Below the pieces are notes generated by a model. The model made no database searches. It saw nothing but the letters and a program-made list of their open reading frames with translations, and was not told the origin of the DNA. 64,000 bases of DNA, from NCBI GenBank assembly GCA_951406725.2, contig OX597822.1:13392001-13456000 (forward strand). The letters are read 5' to 3'. The translations under genes were made by a program, and so were the position numbers. Below, in pieces: positions 1 to 12,670 of the stretch. This DNA is from Octopus vulgaris (Eukaryota). Every line of letters begins with the position of its first letter. Positions within the stretch are counted from its first letter, which is position 1.

Positions 1-246
1 AGTTATTGCAGAACTCTGCAAAAGATAATGCTATATTTTACATTATCGGCTTTTTTCTGTGTATAAGGAAGTATAAGATATTCTAAGAAATTCTTTCAAA
101 TTTATACATGTATGTGTATTATATATATATCTGTGTGCATGTGTGCGGCATGTATAAAGGTATACATATGTATTTATCGGTATATATATGTTTACACTCA
201 TATACACACGCACGCACACATAAATTCGTATGTATGTATTTACAAT

Positions 247-372
247 GGGTACTCCGTTGTCACGAAGGCGAGTGTTCAAGTTGACCCTGTCAACGGAACA
301 GCTTGCTCGTGAAACGAAGGTACATGTGGCTGAGTACTCCACAGACCCGAGTGTTCTTGACCTAGTTCTTAG
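247..372 (-). mobile_element. 3' fragment of tRNA-derived SINE family A (same family as 47022-47404)
   Basis: TCAACGGAACAGCTTGCTCGTGAAA...GTGGCTGAGTACTCCACAGAC matches the 3' half of the copy at 47022-47404. Confidence 0.65.
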
Positions 373-647
373 AGCAGTCAAGCTCCAAAAAGAATGCAGC
401 ATGGCTGACTCTTTGAATTATAGACGCAACTCATTTTTGCCAGCTGTGTGGTCTGGAGCAACGGGAAATAAAGTGTCTTGCTCAAGGACACAACGCGTCG
501 CTGGGAATTTAAACTCACAACTTTGCGATCGTAAACCGAGAACCTTCTAAGCCATACACTTTCACACACTGGCATACACAGTCACACTCACACACACATG
601 CACAAGCATATGCACGCACACACACACATACAAGCACACACGCACAA

Positions 648-685
<38 letters not shown>

Positions 686-689
686 TTAC

Positions 690-1290
690 ATATAAGAATA
701 CAAAAAGAGACAAGAAAAAACAAGGACGGGTCATTCGGAGTTTTCTTTCCTCAGTCGAATTCCAGCTTATCTTTGCAATTTCGGCTGGTTATACTCGAAA
801 CTGCTCCAATCTGGCCATCCCCAAGGAATATCTAAGCTAAGAGCACTAGAAATCCTTGGAAGAAAGCAGCGAATGAATACAAAAACAAGGATAGAAAAAA
901 CGGAGAAATGCTATAGAAATACAACTGCAAATAACAGGGCATTAACTACAGGTGTCTTTCGACTAAGGACGAATTAAATTAAGCTGGCGTGTGTGGAAGT
1001 GAAGCCTGACGGCAGGGACATGAGAGGTGACAAGCATGGGAAGGAATATAAACGTTGCACGGATGGTAGTCGAACCAGAAACGAAAGGTCAGGCTTGACC
1101 GAAAAACGGTCACGTGGAGGGAGAGGAGAGAGGTAGGGGCAGAGGGATAGAAGAATTGGGGAAGGACGAGAAAAAGAGAAAAGGGACAGAGTAAGGGGAA
1201 AGAGGGGAGAGTTGGGAATGAAGCGAAGGCCAGGAAATGTGAGAGAGGAGGAATGAAAGAAAGAAGAGTGGAAAGAACGACACACTCACA
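690..1290 (-). mobile_element. 3' end/pseudo-LTR of a Penelope-like element (pLTR family 1) with degenerate hammerhead motifs
   Basis: 690-990 is homologous (inverted) to 18658-19005 and 32140-32350. The minus strand carries CTGAGGA..CGAA..GTC and GATGGCC..GCCGAAA remnants. It sits next to (TA)n/(CA)n. Confidence 0.5.
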
Positions 1291-1492
1291 CACACAGACC
1301 TCTTACAAATATATCTGTGTCCAAGATTTATCGCTTAGAAACCAAGAAAGATAATTTTGTTAAAAGAGTCACTTATTTCATCATGCACGTATTTATTCTA
1401 ATTCGTTAAAGAGAACGAAGGCCAGCGTTTGTTCATTTATTTTACTGCTGCTGTATATATATATATTTTCTTTGTGTGTTCTTTAGTTAGGA

Positions 1493-1558
1493 GAGGCAAT
1501 ACGCGAGCCTTTTTGCTGTGCCTCAGAAACTGATTACAGGGCTGGGGTGGCGAAAGCG
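1493..1558 (+). ncRNA. Degenerate HDV-like ribozyme candidate, probably the 5' end of a decayed non-LTR element
   Basis: Segments occur in HDV order: P1 GAGGCA, P2 CGC, P3 AGC, pyrimidine loop, GCT, P1' TGCCTC, AG, P4 region, GCGAA, P2' GCG. P1.1 is not intact. Confidence 0.3.
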
Positions 1559-2034
1559 ATCTTCAAACTGCAGCCCCGGGATCAGTACTTGCAATAGCAT
1601 GTACGTAGCAAAGGAGAACCAAGCTGCCAGAAGGTGAGGTGTTAAAACGGTTAAGTGTAGTACCCATTAGGCCCATCGCTTGATTTGAACTTCTAATGCA
1701 AAGAGACGAAATATCGCCAGGCGTCGTCGTCGATGTTGCAGCACCCATGTTTGGTTCTTGTTTATTTACCCTAAATGGTTCAAAGGAAACGTTGATCTCC
1801 CATTTTAAACCTAGAAACCTCGACGTATTCACTCTGACACTCTAACGATACATCAAATTCACCAACAAAGGGTCCATTTAGCGGAGTTGTGAGAAACTGG
1901 AGAGTACTCTTATTTTCTATATAATAAATACATATACATACACACATCCATTCAAACATATGTACATACCCACATTGATACATACATGCGCACACACTTA
2001 CACAAACGCATACGTATCTTTCATCAGTTATTAG

Positions 2035-2206
2035 ACTTCAGCCATACTGGGGCACCTACGTGATGGGGTTTTAGTCGAACAGACGGACTTCAATGTTTTA
2101 AATTAGGGATTTTTTTGCCGAGCCGATAAGTTGCGTGTACGTAAATAAACCAATACCAGTTGTCAAGCGGTGAAAGAAACAAACACGTCCACACAAACAC
2201 ATACAC

Positions 2207-2293
<87 letters not shown>

Positions 2294-2482
2294 TACAAGC
2301 ACACGCACATAAATATATGAATGTGTGTGTATATGTATGCATGACGTTTAGCTAATTCACGAAATAATTCTCAACTCGGGGTTTAGTAAGAGACTCTTGC
2401 TCGAGGTGCCGCGCAGTTACAGTAACTCCGAAACCACAGGGTATAAAAAGCGAACTTCTTAACCACACAGCTACGCCTACGC
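2035..2482 (-). mobile_element. Diverged SINE family B copy with internal (GATA)n
   Basis: Collinear with 4228-4667 (TTTAGTCGAAC, TTTTGCCGA, GTTGTCAAGCG, AACCACACAGC). Confidence 0.65.
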
Positions 2483-3081
2483 CTCTAATACATTCTTACA
2501 ATATTCCTCTTATTATAGCAACCAAAAGATTCATTTTCTTTTCTTTTTTTTTATTTTATGTTGTATTAATTACATAAGTTTACATCTAAATTATATTTAC
2601 CCATTTCTTTTGTACGAAGCCTGTAGATATCTATATATTCTGTGTACAATAATTAAGTTGTTGGCTTCTTCTTGCGGTGATCAATTGATCAGCAACAAAT
2701 CCGATATCACATCATTATTCATTTAATTTCCTTACAACTAGATTGGTTAATTATACCAATACTTTCATAAAATACTATAACGTATATTTGATTTATAGTT
2801 AATTAGTTAAAATCAAAATATTAACTGAAATCTCTTTTTCCCTTTTTTCCTCAAATAATTGAATTATCAACTTAATGATATTCAATATTTTCTGAATGTA
2901 TAATTAGAACTAAAATTTTATTTAAATATATGGTCTTTAGAGATCCATTAAAGGCAGCTAGAGCTTAACTCTTAGAAACGGATCTTGTGTGAGAATCTTC
3001 AACACCCTAGACTTGTTTCCTTATGTGCATCCCCATCTCTCCCTCCTGCAATGCGTTCTCTTTCTCTCAGCCCTCTATTGT

Positions 3082-3770
3082 GTACTTCTACTTGTACTTG
3101 CGGCGGCATTCACCCAGGATGAGTTGAGCCGGCTGCAAACAACGCGTTCACCGCATCCTTCACGAACACCGACCACATCCGGTCAGTCGGCCGCGCGTCG
3201 GAGAGCATAGGCGTTGTAGTCGTAGCTGTCGTTCGCTGTTGAGGTGTAGATTTCGTGTTCAAAGTTTCTGTCGGGATACACGTTCGTAGGTGGTCCCTGG
3301 TCACACGCGTACACATTTTCGGGTAGTGTATTTCCTAGCAGCTCATCCTGCCTTCAAATGTCGACCGCCGCAGAGGATTCGCTGACCAAATCACTGTCGA
3401 TTATCAGAGTAGACATAGACTGGGCTTGAAGCGAGTTCTAAAGACACACTTTAACAAAAGCTGAGTGGTTCCTCACTCCCAGTTGTCTTCCAGCATGCCT
3501 GACACCAACCCAGAACTTTTCAGGACCTATGCTATTGCTAGATACTGGTTGATCCTACACTAGGTTCATCCGTCCTTTTGTCTTGTCTTGTTTTTAGTCC
3601 TGCTGTGTTTATAGCAAACCGCCTCACCAGGCCAGCCAAGTGGGGAAGGTTTAGTCACCGGGGACAGAACCATGGAATAAGCTGTACTGGATTTCATGTT
3701 ACCAGTAACACTCATAAGAGATCTCACAAGTGACTTAACCCGTGTGACCCCGTCCGTCTAGCCCAACAAT
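3082..3770 (-). mobile_element. Internally deleted RTE-type non-LTR derivative (5' UTR-like part joined to the 3' terminus)
   Basis: Minus strand ends RMWSVFVKDAVNALFAAGSTHPG* followed by the short-repeat tail CAAGTACAAGTAGAAGTA, typical of RTE 3' ends. GC-rich relative to flanks; no RT or EN domain. Confidence 0.45.
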
Positions 3771-4227
3771 GAATAATTTCCTCTCCTAGCTCTAAATTGA
3801 GCGAGTCCTTCTACCCAAGACCTAGAGCTGACACACCTAAATAGACACACGAGATTACAAAGTTTCACAGCATAATTGGGCTCTGAACAACAATGCAATT
3901 CTAACTTTAATCAATAAAAGGTTTCTACATCTTTCAATCAGAAGTTACTCGGCAACATAATTGTAATTCATCAAAACTCCGCCGATTGGAAGAAAAAATA
4001 CGTACCACTGACTATATGAAGTCAAGATGAACTCAAATGAAAAAAAAACCGACGAAGGCTAAACAGGCCAAAACATCAAAGTCCCTGTCAACTTTATTCA
4101 TGTAAAAAGTAATAAATATGTGCTCTACAAAGAATTTCGAGTAATCCTTCAGTTTAATGTAAAACTGTTTTTATTATAACTCAACATGAAAACACGCATT
4201 TATATATATATATGTATTCTTTTCTTC

Positions 4228-4451
4228 TTTTATTTGTTTCAGTCATTTGACTGCAGCCATGCTGGAGCACCGCCCTTACTCGAACAAATCGATTCCAGGA
4301 CTTATTTTTTGTAAGCCTAGTGCTTATTCTATCGGTCTCTTTTGCCGAACCACTAGTTTACGGGGACCTAAACAGACCAACATCAGTTGTCAAGTGATGG
4401 TGGAGGTACAAACACAGAAACACAAACACACACACATACATACATACATGC

Positions 4452-4505
<54 letters not shown>

Positions 4506-4667
4506 GAAGAGCTTCTTTCAGTTTCCGTCTACCAAATTCACTCACAAGGCTTTGGTCGACCCGAGACTATAGTAGGAGGCACTTACCCAAGGCGCCACGC
4601 AGTGGGACTGAACCCGGAACAATGTGGTTTGTAAGCAAGCTACTTACCACACAGCCACTCCCCCGCA
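4228..4667 (-). mobile_element. Full-length tRNA-derived SINE family B (CORE-like domain, internal CA/TA microsatellite, CR1-like tail)
   Basis: Minus strand shows box A TGGCTGTGTGG, box B GGTTCAGTCCC, CORE-like CCTTGGGTAAGTG and tail GGCGGTGCTCCAGCATGGCTGCAGTCAAATGACTGAAAC. Many copies in the window. Confidence 0.85.
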
Positions 4668-6638
4668 TGTATGTTTTTCTTCCTTGCCACCTCTTTTACA
4701 CACATCTGAGTGGCGGAGTTGGCTGAGTGAATATAGTGTTGGACAACACACGAGATTCTGAAAATTCCTCTCCTGTAAACAACACTGCACCGTATCTCTG
4801 ATCTTGACATTTAACTCTCAAATAGCTCCGACCACCTAACCGGCAACAGGTTCAACACATAAGAAGGCATAACGTAACCAACGAAGCTACAATTAGTTGT
4901 ATGATTAATTATTTCAAGTTATTTGTTGAATTTCATGTAAAAATCTATGCGGCCATACTGAAGCACTGCCTTTAGTCGAACAAATCAACTCCAGGACTTA
5001 TTCTTTGTAAGCTTAGTACTTATTATATCGGTCTCTTTTGCCGAACCGCTACTCCATGCCGCTCCTCATCCGCCATAGATTGAGTCACTCACCTCCAAGC
5101 TCATCCTTCTTGTCATTGGATCTACACTCTGTTGTGACTAGTGTTGAAATCCAGCGGTGTGTGATGTGGTGTCCAGCATTCCCTTCTGCTTTAAACTTCT
5201 AGCCTACAGTATATTTCACTCTAAGTGCAAATCAACCTCGTTTATGATCTATTATTTCACCACATTCTATTTATCTTTTAACGTTGTTAATATCTCTTTA
5301 AATGTTGGTTGCTTTTGATCACATAATTGGAGGGGAGAGGTGCTGATTTTCTTTCTTGATCTTTATTTCTTCCTGCCAAATTCTCTGTCATTTATCATAC
5401 ACCAATTCTTGGCAATTCATAAGTTTTGTTCTGCTATAAGTATATACATATATATCACAAGAAGGCCACAAAAAGCTTTAAACTATCGCCCTTGTAATTG
5501 ACTCTTTTGATCTTAAATCTCTCCAAAATAGATGCCGGGAAAAATTTAGATTTGTTTTTCGGCAACTTACTCCTTTATAATAAACACGCGTATATTTCAT
5601 GCTACACCAATTATCTCCCAACCTTCCATTATCCAAATTTAAGGGACCATATCAGAATACAATTTGGCGTTTCTGTACTGCTGATCCTTTCGCCTGTAGC
5701 GTTTCTATAAATTTCCTCCGCTTTTTCTCTCTCGTTTTTCGACGAACCTGAAGACATCAGTTATTATTGCTTGTAATAAATTAGTCTTAACTCTTTCCTT
5801 CATCTTCTGTTCTGATGGTAATATACCAACTACATTTAGAGTTTATAACCATTATCTACCATAACTTCTTCGACACGCAACGCTTTTTATCAATTTCAAG
5901 ATTCTTAAAGGCCTAAAATTAAGATTGGTGTTGCTTTTGATTTTGATTCTTTCGTTCCTATTGCAGTATTATCCAAGACCCTATTTAGCTTTTGGTACAA
6001 TGACTTCTGATTTCCGTGTGGAACACACAGCTTCTGATTGTATTGATTTCTTTTCTGCTGAAAACTGTTCATGTTAGATGCTTATGCTAAATGACTTGGT
6101 GTTAACATTTGTATCACAGCGTTACAAATCCTTTGCGTTGCATTAAATATTTTGTTCCGACATATCAAGTCGTTTTTCGCCGGTCTGTTTCTATGTGGCG
6201 GAAAAAAATCGATATTACATTTACGTATGCAAGTTAACGTTTAATACACATATTAGTAAACTTTTAACCTTTAACGTGTAACACTTGTGTTTTCGTTGGA
6301 CATCAAATAATTGGCATTTGTTACAAATGTACATCAAACCGAACAAACTTGGATAAATACATACACGCTCTCACAAAGACAGACTCATGTATATATATAT
6401 ATATTTATATATATATTCATTTAGGTATGTAATAGGTATGTATACATACACTCGCTCATACGCACTCACACACGCACGCAAACGCACGTATATACATACA
6501 TATGCATACATAAGTTTGTTTTTGTGTATATATATCCACATGTCTATGTATGACTTTGTATGAGCCCTTAATTTGGGGGCCGAAAAAATAAATACCAGTT
6601 GAACACTAGCGGCCATATATATATACATAAATACATAC

Positions 6639-6694
<56 letters not shown>

Positions 6695-6759
6695 GATATT
6701 TATATACATATATAACTATGGTATATGTATATACATATGATATGCGTATATTCATATAT

Positions 6760-7410
6760 ATCCCCTCACTACTATCCACTCAGCCCTTGCCAGTGCATAT
6801 TCCGAGGACCGTGCATCTGTTCTCTCTCTCCCCGTACTTGCCCCGCCGTTGTCTGTCTCTCGTTTCCCCTCACCTACCACCCCTTCACCCTTCCATATCA
6901 ACAGACCATTCTCCGAGCCTTCCTTGCACATCTCCCCCAACCTACCCCTTCTCTCCTTCAAACGAGCCCACAACCCGCGTAAACTTCTGGTCCACAGTTT
7001 CTTCCCTCACCCCACCTCTCAGCCTAGCTCGTACCCCTGCTCCCGTCCATGCTGCCGTACCTGCCCCTACCTCCCTAACACCACCATCATCACAGGCACC
7101 CATCATCGTCCGTAGCATATCACCGACTTCTTTACCTGCACTTCTGCATGTTCTGCTTTTTCTGCCCTTCTCTGAAAATTGGTCAAACGGGACGCCGCTT
7201 GGCTGATTAGTTCGCGGAGCACCTCCGAGACATCAGAGTCGGCAATGAGACCTCAGTCTCGCACTATGTCCGCTCTACCGGTCATTCATTATAACACCTG
7301 TCTGTGTTCAGATTGCCTTTGCACGGGGCCATCGGGACTCCCGCCTTCGCGTGAACAGGTATTAATATTCTTTTATCTCTTTTTCCCCACTTGGGCTCAA
7401 CTCCCCTCCT
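6760..7410 (+). pseudogene. Penelope-like element remnant: RT-EN linker and GIY-YIG endonuclease (Neptune-like Cys cluster), frameshifted
   Basis: Across frames: FPLTYHP, LPLLSFKRAHNPRKLLV, PCSRPCCRTCPY, FTCTS, IGQTGRRLAD*FAEHLRDIR, ...PLGLN. These are characteristic PLE C-terminal motifs. Confidence 0.8.
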
Positions 7411-7444
7411 TTCTTCTTCTGACTCCCCTACTCTCTTCTCTTAA

Positions 7445-7900
7445 TCTCACACCTACTTCCTCTATTGACTCCTACCCACCTCTACTGGCCTCTCTTGCTC
7501 TGACACCTACTTCCTTTCTTGACTCCTACCCACCTCTACTGGCCTCTCTCGCTCTGACACCTACTTCCTCTCTTGACTCCTACCCACCTCTACTCGCCTC
7601 TCTTGCTCTGACACCTACTTCCTCTATTGACTCCTACCCACCTCTACTGGCCTCTCTTGCTCTGACACCTACTTCCTCTCTTGACTCCTACCCACCTCTA
7701 CTGGCCTCTCTTGCTCTGACACCTACTTCCTCTCTTGACTCCTACCCACCTCTACTGGCCTCTCTTGCTCTGACACCTACTTCCTCTATTGACTCCTACC
7801 CACCTCTACTGGCCTCTCTTGCTCTGACACCTACTTCCTCTCTTGACTCCTACCCACCTCTACTCGCCTCTCTTGCTCTGACTCCTACTTCCTTTCTTCA
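7445..7900 (+). repeat. 54-bp pyrimidine-rich minisatellite, about 8 near-identical units
   Basis: Unit CTGACACCTACTTCCTCTCTTGACTCCTACCCACCTCTACTGGCCTCTCTTGCT; appears as the 18-aa repeat LTPTSSLDSYPPLLASLA in ORF 7179..7943. Confidence 0.95.
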
Positions 7901-8019
7901 CTCAAACCCACCTTCTGTCCTCATCCATACCATTCGTTACTGACACCATGTCTTGCGATATTTTCCCTGAAATATTCAAATGTCAGTTTGTTTAGTTTGC
8001 TGAAAGTCATGTTGGAATT

Positions 8020-8190
8020 TACGAAAAAAACAAAAGACGAAAACAGGTGTGTAAACAACAAACAGGTGTATTAGTTTAACGCTGGGGAAGATGAGCAAGT
8101 CTTTTACGATTCAAGCCTACGCTCTTCAGCAGGAAGGAGCACGAGAAAATAAATAGAGAGGGAATAAAAAAGCTTTAGTAGCTAATTGTC
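8020..8190 (-). mobile_element. Short hammerhead-bearing element (pLTR family 2), degenerate core
   Basis: Homologous to 10330, 12445 and 31825; minus strand CTGCTGA-AGAGCGTAGGCTT-GAATCGTA at 8100-8137. Confidence 0.65.
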
Positions 8191-9802
8191 GATGTATGTA
8201 TGTATGTATGTATGTATGTATGTATGTATGAAGGTATGTATGTATGTATGTATGTATGTATGTATGTATGTATGTGATGAAGCGTATGTATGCATGTATG
8301 TATGTATGTATGTATGTATGTGTGTGTGTATGTATGTGTGTATGTATGTATGTATGTATGTATGTATGTATGTATGTATGTATGTATGTATAAAGGATTT
8401 AGATACTCCTATCAGATGGTGCTATTAAGTTAAACATGGCTTGGACCAATCTTTGGTTGAAACATATCTAAGTTTTACGTAAGTTTTATACATGTACGTA
8501 TGTATTTATGTATGTATATATGTATGTACATAAATATTAAAATAGATGCGTGAACGTGTGTCTCAGTATGTGTTTGTGTGTGTATACGCTAGTATCGGAC
8601 AGTAATAAGTGCTTAACACCGTGTGCGTGCGTTCGCGCGCGCGCGCGTGTAGTTACACTGTGTGAAATACGACGAGAAAATTATCGAATTTAAATCAAAT
8701 TCGAATGGCAGAAATGGAAAGGGTAGAGGATATATGTCCTGCAATAATTAATTATGTCCTTTAATTAGGTCCTTTAATTATTTGCAATTATGTCCTCAAT
8801 GCATTTCCCAACGAGATCGATTTTTCTCTTTCACATTACCCAGAGCAATTAAACAAAGTTCGAGTCGAGATAATTATATACAAACAATCCTTTAGCGTAA
8901 AGCGAGAAAAAAAAAAGCAAGAAATATTATAAGGAAATCCTTGTTTGTTTTGAATAATGTAGAAGGAATAAATTTCGGTCTGAATATCCAAGTATCAGTG
9001 ATCCGTTGATCGATCAATAGAACTAGCCGACTCATTGAATTATCGAGTAACTGGCCGAGTACTCCAAAGCCACATGTAACCTAAATGTAAATTCCCAGCG
9101 AAATTTTCTCATCGTACGCACATGGAAGGAAACATGCGCATGGGTATTAGCGGGATGTACTCTGGTAATGGGTATAACAGCTTCGTCTATCAGTATTTCC
9201 CACCAGCACATCCTGGGTGTTAGACACAAGGCTTGCCACCCAAAAATTATTGCATCTAAACACACACACATACATGAAGTACCCGTCCAAACATGATTTT
9301 AACATTGTACACCTGACGCATCCCAACGTTCCGCCCTTTATTTGCATACAAATCAACGCCATATTACCCATACTCATACCCCAGCCCATTCTGAAAACAG
9401 TTACCCCTTACACCGCAAAACATGACTAAGCCTTGTGGCTCTAACCTTCTCCCACGGAATCTTTTCGTCTCGTTTTATACCAGCACCACAAACCGGATGT
9501 GGCACATACTTGCCTTCATGAACAGAACTGTCGACATATTTATTATTCACAGCAGCCCTTGTGATGAACGTCGCGGATTTCAGAGTTTTCTCCCAAATTC
9601 ACGAGTGCCAAACCAACTGGTAAAACAGGCTGAGATGAATCTAATGTAATGTACTGTATAAATATTCATATATCCGCTCTTTTGACAAATATAGGAGTGC
9701 TTTTTTTGATTTTTCGGACTTACGGATTCTTAGACAGACATGTGTATGTCTTAGATATATATGTATGTGTATATATGTATATATATTCTTTTATTTCTTT
9801 TA

Positions 9803-10098
9803 TTTTTTATTTGTTTCAGTCATTTGACTGTGGCCATGCTGGAGCAACCCCTTTAGTCGAACAAATTCACCCCAGGACTTTTGCCGAACCGCTAAGTTAC
9901 GGGGACGTAAGCACACCAGCATCGGTTGTCAGGCTATGTTGGGGAGACAACACATACATATGTAGAGAGATACAACAGGTCTCCATCAGTTTCCGTTTAA
10001 CAAATCCACTCACAAGGCTTTGGTGCCACGCAGTGGGATTGAACCCGGAACCATGTGTTTGGGAAGCAAGCTACTAACCACACACCCATTCCTGCGCC
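9803..10098 (-). mobile_element. SINE family B copy with internal deletions
   Basis: Collinear with 4228-4667. Confidence 0.8.
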
Positions 10099-10281
10099 TA
10101 CACACACACACATACACACACACATATAGTGCTTCTCCAATGTCTAGAACCGCAAATATTACGTGATTTTTCTTTTAGAATTTTCGCGTAAACTGGCGTT
10201 GCAAAAGGGACTGGTTCGGAAACATTTGTAACTTACAATTAAAGATGTGTTCAAGAATTTTCTTTGTCTTCTTTTCATTGG

Positions 10282-10321
<40 letters not shown>

Positions 10322-10329
10322 GGGGGGAA

Positions 10330-10503
10330 TTCGCAAAAACAAAAGGCGAAGACAAGTGGTGTAGACAATAAACAGATGTATAAGTATAACGCTCGGGAAG
10401 TGTAAAAGTCTTTAACGTTTCGAGCCTAAGCTCTCCCAAAGAAAGGAACACAAAGAAACAAGGAAAGAAAATAAAGAATGTGTACTGGCTAGCGATCTAT
10501 CAT
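10330..10503 (-). mobile_element. Short hammerhead-bearing element (pLTR family 2), core mutated
   Basis: Homologous to 12445-12652; retains GAGCTTAGGCTC-GAAACGTT-AAAGA on the minus strand; lies between (TG)n and (TA)n. Confidence 0.65.
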
Positions 10504-10586
10504 ATATATATATATATCATTGTTGGTGAAGAAAGATTGTCGTCACTCAACGCTGAAAGCTCAGGTGCTGAATGAAATTAATAACT

Positions 10587-11115
10587 ACGAGAGTCAAAAA
10601 GTGATGCCATTTTCTTTATTTCAGGTGAAGTTTTTGATAACAAAATAACTGAAAATTTTACCAGTTATAAATGATTATAACATTTACGTTCTGAAATATT
10701 TTGTTTCTTACTTTTCAGGTTTTTAGACTGGTAAGGAATATTCAAAGTGGCTGCCACATCCCCACCCCATAGAGTTACGCCAAAAACAAAGAGCAGTGAC
10801 TGAATTTCTTGTTGCTGAGGGGGAAACCCCTGTGATCATTCACCAACGATTACAAAATGTCTTTGAGGACAATAAGTTAGATTATAGCAATGTATGTAGG
10901 TGGTTCTGTGCAGGTGGGTCCATCATCTGAAAGATGAAAAGGTGGAAACTGTCAGTGCAGCCGATAAACTCCGTTCCTGCCGTCCATCCGCTTCTGTGAA
11001 TCCTGCCAATAAAGCGAAAGCAAATGCTCTGATCAGAGAAGACAGGTGCATAAGTCTTGATGAGTTGGCAGAAATCCTTGAAGTGAACCATGGAAGTGCT
11101 TACAACAATATTCCA
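10587..11115 (+). mobile_element. 5' part of a mariner-like DNA transposon (N-terminal HTH region of transposase)
   Basis: Translates RQKQRAVTEFLVAEGETPVIIHQRLQNVF...VCRW and ..RSCRPS...[24 protein letters not shown]; truncated where a SINE begins. Confidence 0.8.
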
Positions 11116-11132
11116 GTGACGAGTAAGTCTTC

Positions 11133-11171
11133 TGAGTGGATTTGGTAGACGGAAACTGAAAGAAGCCCGTC

Positions 11172-11240
<69 letters not shown>

Positions 11241-11475
11241 TATGTGCATATATGTATGTGTGTGTATGTGATTGTGTGCCTGTGTTTGTCCCCCCATCCC
11301 AACAACGCTTGACAACCGATGCTGGTGCGTTTACGTGCCCGTAACGTAGCGGTTCGGCAACAGAGACCAATAGAATAAGTACTAGGTTTTCAAAGAATAA
11401 GTCCTGGGGTCAATTTGCTTGACTAAAGGCGTTGCTCCAGCATGACCGCAGTCAAATGACTGAAACAAGTAAAAT
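11133..11475 (+). mobile_element. 5'-truncated SINE family B
   Basis: GTGGATTTGGTAGACGGAAACTGAAAGAAGCCCGTCG-(TA)n...CTCCAGCATGACCGCAGTCAAATGACTGAAAC. Confidence 0.85.
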
Positions 11476-11492
11476 TGTAAGAGTACTATATA

Positions 11493-11530
<38 letters not shown>

Positions 11531-11764
11531 GCATGGCCACAGCATTAAGGCTGAAATATATAAAATAATACAAGAATAGATATATGATTTATAAATATAT
11601 GTAATATATACATACAATATATAGTACATACGCACGTATACACACCCACATACACACATATATTTGTATGTATAAATACATATATATCTCTGTACAAATA
11701 TACATTTATCTATTTATCTATCTATCCAGCCATCTATGAATTCTATCTCGTACTCTCTGTCTCA

Positions 11765-11822
<58 letters not shown>

Positions 11823-12100
11823 CAAATAGTGTTTATGGTCCTTTATTGTACCGTATAACCGAAGCCCTAACACCGAGCCACACGCAAAACCATTCATCTC
11901 CACTTTCCGGTCGATTGAGCAAACACAAGATCAAATAATCACAAGATCAAATTTACTCCACACACTGGATTATGTTACATGAGAGATTACTGCCGGCGGT
12001 TTATACACGGCATTGTCTGACTCTAGTGTCCGCTTGTAGCGACATTAAATTTGTATAAATTTGTGTCTTCAGTCGGTCTACATAAATGCCTTGTATTTGC

Positions 12101-12164
<64 letters not shown>

Positions 12165-12373
12165 TTGGGAATCCGTGTGTGCATACGCGCGTGCGAGTGT
12201 GTGTGCGCGCGAGCGTAATACTTCAGAGATACAGAATAATTGGTGCTTGTGTGTGTGTGTGTGCATGTGTGTATGCGTGAGTGTGTTTGCGCGTGTGTGT
12301 TCGTGTATGTGTATATTTATAAATATATGCATATATGTGTATGTATGTATATATATATGTATATATATATATG

Positions 12374-12444
<71 letters not shown>

Positions 12445-12445
<1 letters not shown>

Positions 12446-12652
12446 ACGAGAAGGTTTACGAAAATAAACAAAAGACGAAGACAGGTGGAGTACAAACAAA
12501 CAAATGTATTAGTATGGTGCTCAGGAATAGAAATAGAACAAGTCTTTTACGTTTCGAGCCTACGCTCTTCCACAGAAAGATACACAGAAAAAAAAAACAA
12601 GGAGAGAAAGAAGAAGAGAAAAAAATGCGTGTAGGAGCTAACGATCTATCAT
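12445..12652 (-). mobile_element. Short hammerhead-bearing element (pLTR family 2) inserted in (TA)n
   Basis: Minus 12580-12543: TCTTT-CTGTGGA-AGAGCGTAGGCTC-GAAACGTA-AAAGA. All stems pair, but the core is the variant CUGUGGA. Confidence 0.7.
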
Positions 12653-12670
12653 ATGAATATATATATATAA

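Noticed and set aside
1563-1832. 89-aa ORF as a host exon
   Set aside because: No recognisable domain and no partner exons; the region looks more like a retroelement 5' UTR
7179-7943. 254-aa ORF with 18-aa repeats as a repeat protein, or the array as a CRISPR
   Set aside because: A contiguous 54-bp tandem repeat with no unique spacers and no cas genes, in a eukaryotic context; the ORF start lies inside a frameshifted PLE remnant
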